Source: the human T2T-CHM13v2.0 reference genome, Homo sapiens. From it: a DNA stretch of 64,000 bases. The notes under the pieces are model-generated. The model was not told the origin of the DNA and did no database searches. It saw nothing but the letters and a program-made list of their open reading frames with translations. Shown piece by piece: positions 57,555-64,000 of this stretch. Location: assembly GCF_009914755.1 (NCBI RefSeq), contig NC_060929.1; one strand, given 5' to 3'. Both the position numbers and the translations under genes were made by a program. Each line of letters starts with the position of its first letter. The first letter of the stretch is position 1.

Positions 57555-59232
57555 TATTAAAAAAATGAACTACTTAGGCATAAATCTAACAAAATATGTA
57601 CCTGATACATGGCAGGAAAACTACAAGACTCACGTTAAAGAAATCAAGGATCTTAATAAATGGAGAGATATCCTATGTTCATGAATAAAAAGACTCAATA
57701 TTGTCAAGATGTCATTTTTTCCCAAGTTAACTATAGAGTCAACCAAATCCCAATCAAAATCCCAGCAAGTTATTGTGTAGATATTGACAAGCTATTTCAA
57801 AAGTTTATGTGAAGGGGCAAAAGACCCAGAAAAGCCGAAAGAATATTGGAAAAGAACAAGTTTGAAGGACTGACGCTGTCCAACTTCAAAACTTATTATA
57901 AAGCTACAATTATCAAGACATTTTTGTATTTGTGAAAGAATAGGCAAATAGTTGAATAGAACAAAATAAGGAGGACAAAAGCAGACCCACACAAATACAA
58001 TCAACTGATTTTTGGCAATAGAATAAAGGCAAATCAATAGAGAAAAGATAGTCTTTTCAATAAATGGTGCTGAAACAACTGCATATCTACATGCAAAATA
58101 ATGAGCCTAGACTCAGCTGTTACCCAAAATTTGACTCAAAATGGGTCATATACCTGACGCAAATGCAAAACTATAAAACTTCTGGAAGATAAGAAAAAAA
58201 AATCTAGGTAAATTGTATTTGGTTGTGATTTTTAAGAAACATAAGAAAGGCATGATTCATGAAGAAAGATAAATTGGACTTTATTAACATTAATTACTCT
58301 TTCTCGAAAATGGTACTATTAAGAAAATAAAAACCCAAATCAAAGACTGGCAGAATAAATTCTGAAAATATATATTTGATAAAATATAAAACAATTACAA
58401 GCCCAAATGCCAGCAAAAATGTGGATTGATATGAACTCTCTCTCATTGCCACTTGGGGTACAAAATGGTACAGCTATTTGGAAAAACAGGTTGGCAATTT
58501 TTTCCAAAGCTAACCATTATCTTACCGTCTGATTTTGCAACTGTCCTCTTAGGTATTTGCAGAAATTACTTGTAAACTTATGTCCACACAAAAATCTGCA
58601 TACAGATGTGATTGCCAACAATTGGATGCTACCAAGATGTCCTTCAACAGGTGAGTGGATAAATAAACTGTGGTCCTTCCAGACAATGGAATATTATTCA
58701 GCGCTTAAAAGAAATGAGCTATGAAGATATAAAAAGACATACAGTAATCTTAAATGCTCAACTTTTTACCTTAAATTAGTATGTGAAAGAAGCCAGTCTG
58801 AAAATGATACATACTATATGATTCCAATCATATGCCATTCTGGAAAAGACAAAACTGTAGAGACAGTAAAAACACCATTGGCTACCAAGACTTTGAGTGG
58901 AGAAAGGGAGAAATGGATAGGTGAAACACAGATAATTTTTAGGACTGTAAAACTATTCTATATGATATTGTAATGTTGAATACATGCCATTTTACATTTG
59001 ACAAAACTCATAAAACTGTATAACACAGCGTGAACCCTAATAAAAACTATGAACTTTAGTTAATAATAATGTGTCAATATCAGCTCATCAATTATAATAA
59101 ATATATCATACCAATGCAAAATGTTAATAAGCATGAAAATTTTGTTGGTGGGGAGAGATGGATTATGGGAACTCTACTTTCTGCTTAATTTTTTTTACAA
59201 AGTTGAAACTGCTCTAAAAATCTATTTTAAAA
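57555..59232 (+). mobile_element. L1MC1/2-like 3' portion
   Basis: ORF2 remnants plus 3'UTR 'gtgaaccctaataaaaactatgaactttagttaataataatgtgtcaatat...tatgggaactctactttctgcttaattt'. Confidence 0.85.
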
Positions 59233-59965
59233 TATGTGCATTTTATTAAGAATTTTTGGAGAAAAATTAGTTCAAAGTATGACATACTAGAATCAGCAAC
59301 GACCTCAGGAATATGTATCTAGTTTTAAAACAATCTTTGAAAACAGAGAAATCAGAGAAACACTAGGTACGGTTACCATATTATTGGCAAGATGTGTAAC
59401 TGGAGCTTTTCCATTTAGAGCATTTTCTGTTAATATAAAGAAGACCACAGCAAAAGGAAAAGAAGGGATTTATGCTGAGAGAACAAAGCCCTCTGAGTTC
59501 ATCACCTCTGTGTACATCTTCTAACAGCCAAAGAAACTAAATATGTCATGGATTATTCAGATCAACACTTTGAAAATCAATGTAGTCCCAAAGCTTATGT
59601 CCTTCTTCTGAGTTTCCCCAGGGTCTACACCAAAAGTAGCATTTGATCTCCTGAATAAACAGATAGCCTTTGTTTGTGACTCCAGATCAAAGCTAGTACA
59701 CAGATGGGGAATCTCATGGGAAAGGAAGTAGAAAGGATTCATGGCTTATACTAAGCTGGCTCTATATTTTCTGACTTCCTGAGTGTCTATAAAAATGTAC
59801 TAAATCACCTGGCTATCGACATCACTGTACAAAAATACTTTAGATATTTCTCTTTATATTTAGGTCTTGGAAAAAAGTAAAAACCAGCACTGATGCTTTC
59901 ATAAGCTTCTCTCTTTGCTATCCTCAATAGATATAATCTTTATTATTTCATTACTTTGGTTATAG

Positions 59966-60694
59966 TGAAAATGCCTTTGCAAAAAATTATATCAGTGAGA
60001 AAAATTATAACAGTGAACTGAACTAACCCACCCCCTCGCCCCCATCTTGCCTTCCTTTAATTACTCCTGAGCTACTGGGCCAAGCTAACTTTGGAAGACA
60101 TTTAGGCATTTAATTTAAATGATAACAGACCTTGCCCAAAACTCAACCACTTTTGTAAAGCTAATGGAGGCCATCAGGCTTGTGGGGAGGAGGGGCTCCT
60201 GAGTCCTGCTAAGGTGCAGACATAAAGGACTGTCAGCCATTATTCCAGAAGTTATAAGATATGCAACTTCCCCAGTTACTCCTGCAAATAATACCACTAT
60301 TGTACATTGGCCTTTTGAGATATCTTTCCAGGTTTTTTGCATGTCTGATACCCATGGTTCCACTCGGACCAGATGGTTCCACCTGGACTGCCAACCCCAC
60401 TCTCATGGCCCCACCCAGAAGTGACTCAGCCTGCAGGAGGACAGCTTCCACCCCCTGTGATTTCATCTCCACCCTAACCAATCAGCAGCAGACACCTGTT
60501 ACCTGGCCATTCCCACACTTTCCCCTAAACTGCCTTTGAAAAACCCCTACCGTAGAAGCTTTAGAGAGGTTTTGACTAAGAATTCCACCTTCCATGTGGT
60601 ATGGCCAGCCTTCTGTCTTTTAAACCCTTTCTCAACTACAATGCCATGGTCTTTCTTTATGCAGCGGACAGCAAGAACCCCTCAGGCAGTTACA
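59966..60694 (+). mobile_element. LTR8A-like solo LTR (ERV1)
   Basis: Starts 'tgaaaatgcctttgcaaaaaattat', ends 'gcagcggacagcaagaacccctcaggcagttaca'; imperfect 4-bp TSD atag/ataa. Confidence 0.8.
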
Positions 60695-61949
60695 ATAAAA
60701 ACGTTATGTTGGTACTATATTATGCTGATTAAAGGCACTTGGTAATGTCCCCAAGAGTGTGTCATTAAATCACTCATGAAATTCTGAGTCTCCTTTTATC
60801 TAAATTTGGTGAAAAACAGTGCATCCTGTATGTGTATGAATGTGTGTGTATGCACATACATGCCAATGGGTGTATGTTGCTGAAGTTGATTACATTTTAG
60901 CTAGTTTGGTACCTGCTTGCCATTACCATACATAACACAATAAAAGACTCTTCTAAAAACACATAAAATACAGTCAAGTGGCTACAAGAAAAGGCATACA
61001 TCAGTAAGACACCGTGGGCTTCCCTAGGAAGAGTGTAGCTATGGGAAAATATGTTTTGTGCTCTTGAAAGCACACTGACAAAATGAACTTTTGGACTACA
61101 GGTTATTCTGAAGATGGAGACAGCCTGGAGGTACAATTCTCACAGCAGTGTGAGAGTAAAAAACAATTCTTAAATCCCACAGCTAGTTACTGGTTATATC
61201 TGCTGTCTAGGTCACCTGCTCTTCAGTTCACTGCTCTTTCTACTAAATTTTGCTGCTTTTGTTCTTGCTTTCTCACCTACCAAATCATATTTGACAAGTA
61301 CCGCTTAAGGTTACCATTGCAGATCATTAGAGTTCATTTCCCTAGCACCTCAAACCAAAGGGAAATAGGATAAAGAAAATGAAGAAAAAAATAAACCCTT
61401 GGGTTCAAAGGAAAGTGCAGAGGGCCATGCCTTTCTCAGGGCTATAGACACCATTAATTCATATAGCTCCAGAATAAAATAAGCAGTCTGTGCTGCTGAT
61501 ATGACTATTTTTCTTCTAAAATTGTGTGCCTGGATCTAATATTGCTATCATGACTTTGTGTTCTGATCTTCTGTTTTATTTTTAGATTACTGAGCTTTTA
61601 GAGCACTTTGGTGTTTTATGGAGAAACAACGTGGTATGTGTGCTCTTCTCTTCTATATAGAAAAGTAAAGAACCTTGAGTCTCTAAGAAACTCAACTGCT
61701 GTGTCTGAACTTGTCTATATGAAGCTTTACTTTCTTTACTTTCTTTCCCCTTTCAATTTAGTACTACAGCTCCCCCTAATTTCTTTTGCAGCTTCCTTTA
61801 GCCAACTAAATATTTGTCAATTCTATCTCCATTTTTTATTATCCTTAACTCACACAAAGGGAAGCAATTCTTTTAAAATGAAGAACTTCATAATTTGAGG
61901 CTTGAATTCCTACAGAGGGTAATGTTGAAACTTTTAAACAAAGTAATCT

Positions 61950-62120
61950 ACATCTGACCCGTACATGAAATGGGGTTATTATCAACTCATTTTATGAGGT
62001 TGTTACTATTTGTAAATCAAGGTTAATAACAATGTTGATTATGGATCAGATAATGCATGTAAATGAACTTGAACAGCATGTGATATACAGTAACTGCAAA
62101 CTAAATGCAGTCTATTGTTG
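61950..62120 (+). mobile_element. MIR fragment
   Basis: 'catgaaatggggttattatc...atgaggttgtta...gataatgcatgtaaatgaacttgaacag'. Confidence 0.55.
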
Positions 62121-62593
62121 TTCTTCATTCTCCCATTGCTCCTCCAAATTCCTTTTCTACCCTTCTCTGTCCTTTTTCATGCCCTGGGAGGTTGCTGTCT
62201 GTGGAATGCAACACTTGAGCAAACTTGTCCGTGGCTTTCTGTTGGCTGCCCTTGGGAGGCATTCCAGGACATCAGACAGCAGGAGGAGAGAGTATTTGAA
62301 GTATTTATCACCCCTACACCTGAGTTGCTTCCATCAAGTAGCTAACATCGGTTATCTTGAGTCACAGGCCTGTACATGGCTCATCTATGATATTAACTCT
62401 CACTCACTCAGTTCACATTCCTCCCTAGGACCAGGCTCAAGACTGCTTTTAATGTTGCTAGTCTCTTGGTTGTCTCCTGTTGGTTCCATGTATTCGGTCC
62501 ATGAAACTATAGATAATCCTTCATGAAACTGTCTTCAATCAAGCCTTTTCAGTGTATCATTTGATCCCTGCTATGAATTTGAATTCTATAACA
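62120..62593 (+). mobile_element. LTR33-like (ERVL) LTR
   Basis: 'ctacccttctctgtcc...gccctgggaggttg...gggaggcattccaggacatcagacagcaggaggagagag...ataatccttcatgaaactgtcttc'. Confidence 0.6.
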
Positions 62594-62599
62594 ATAATA

Positions 62600-62790
62600 A
62601 AAATTACCACCTCTACCACCACTAGTGCTAGAAAACCAGTACTAGAAAACCACTTGTGTTGTTATAAAAACTACTACTGTTACTACTACAATTACTGTTA
62701 TTAATGCTAGTACTACTGCTGCTGCTACAATTACCATTACTGAAGTGGAATAATACCAGCAATAACAATAATGCCACTGTGCTAGTATGA
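62600..62790. repeat. Degenerate (ACT/ATT/GCT)n trinucleotide low-complexity tract
   Basis: 'actactactgttactactacaattactgttattaatgctagtactactgctgctgctac'. Confidence 0.8.
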
Positions 62791-64000
62791 GGATAAGTTG
62801 AAACGAGAAATTATATTTATTTTCTTCCACAAATAAAAGCATTCCAACACCACGCCTTTCAAATTTAGGGCGCCAATCATTTAATTTATTTTATTTTCCT
62901 GTATTTCTGGCAACTATTTTCATTTTCTTTTTCCTTCACTCACTGTCTAGGCAGGATTTCCCTTCTATTCCCACAACCACAGCTCATTCCACAGAAGAGT
63001 CTTTCCTTTTTGTCCAAATAAGTAGAAATAAATCAGTAGGGTAGTTTCATACTTTTAGTTACTTGACCAACCATTCAGTAAGTTAGGTGATATAATCGTA
63101 GACAGGAAATCATCACAAAGACATTTGTGACATGCTTCACCTTGATTTCATATTTTCTTTAACTTTTAATTCATTACTGTTCAAAATAGATTCCATCAAA
63201 GAAATATCCAATTGATATGATAAATACAATGTTTTATTGGACACATCTGTCTTGAACTAGTAATGTTAAATCATCTTAGCTATATTGTCACTTCTATGAA
63301 TCTTTAAAATTCCTATATTGTTGTTCTCAGTGGCATCAGGTGATACATCTTAACTGCAAAGTGCCCTGTGTTCAAAACTCCAATTTTTCTATATCCTTAT
63401 TAGAATTAGTATTTCAGCAAAAGTGCACCCAGCTTAATTTTAAAAATCTGTTCTGTCACATAGATTCCTGTTTTTTTTTTTATCAAGCGTCATTAATACA
63501 AGAAAAAAAATTCCGTAATATAGTGAGTGTTTTGATTGACACTCCTGCCTCATTCCATTTGGCAAGTTTAAGTATTTTATTATGCCATAGACATGCATCT
63601 TTTTATATGGTTGTAATTGTGATAGGCATATAAGTGACAGTATCAAAATTGTTCTTGTTTGGGAGTCTTGTTAGTTTGAAGCAGATGTCAAAATCTCCCT
63701 TCTCTAAAAATTATTAATTCCATCTTAACTCCTCTCCTGCACAAATTTTGGCAAATTGTGTTTTCCTCTACTTTTCATTTAGGAGTCCTGGAATTATATT
63801 TGCTCAATGATCAATTGATCTAACCCTACCTCGATCTTCTCCAATAAATTCTCACATAAATTGCAAACAAGTATTTACTTAAACAAGTATTTACTAAAAG
63901 CAGCCTTTTTAAGATTTTTTCTCTATTTCCTTTTTTCTCTCCTCTTTCTAGCATCTGAAGCCATCCTTTTTTGAGCTCAAACAGGTCCTTTTAAAATGCC

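Noticed and set aside
62032-62526. 164-aa ORF
   Set aside because: Spans MIR and LTR33-like repeats; no recognisable protein.
63865-63896. 16-bp tandem duplication (similar small ones at ~38791-38829 and ~44287-44312)
   Set aside because: Ordinary slippage micro-duplications with no further structure.

Overview
AT-rich primate (human/ape-like) non-coding DNA, either intergenic or deep intronic. It is dominated by interspersed repeats: L1 of several ages, Alu, MIR, L2, MaLR/ERV LTRs (including LTR12C, MLT2A1 and an LTR8-like element) and MER5A/MER47. I found no intact host protein-coding exon. The key signal is a ~6.45-kb minus-strand insertion (31219-37666) bounded by one perfect 16-bp target-site duplication. 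It is a full-length L1PA5-like element whose 5' end is fused, through an 11-nt linker, to a 282-bp spliced DYNC1LI1 (dynein light intermediate chain 1) mRNA fragment. That fragment lacks about 116 internal codons including the P-loop, which looks like exon skipping. The L1 antisense ORF0 frame stays open across the L1 5'UTR and the whole captured cDNA (253 codons from the ORF0 ATG). Repeat subfamily calls and DYNC1LI1 protein/exon details come from recalled consensus sequences and need confirming by alignment.
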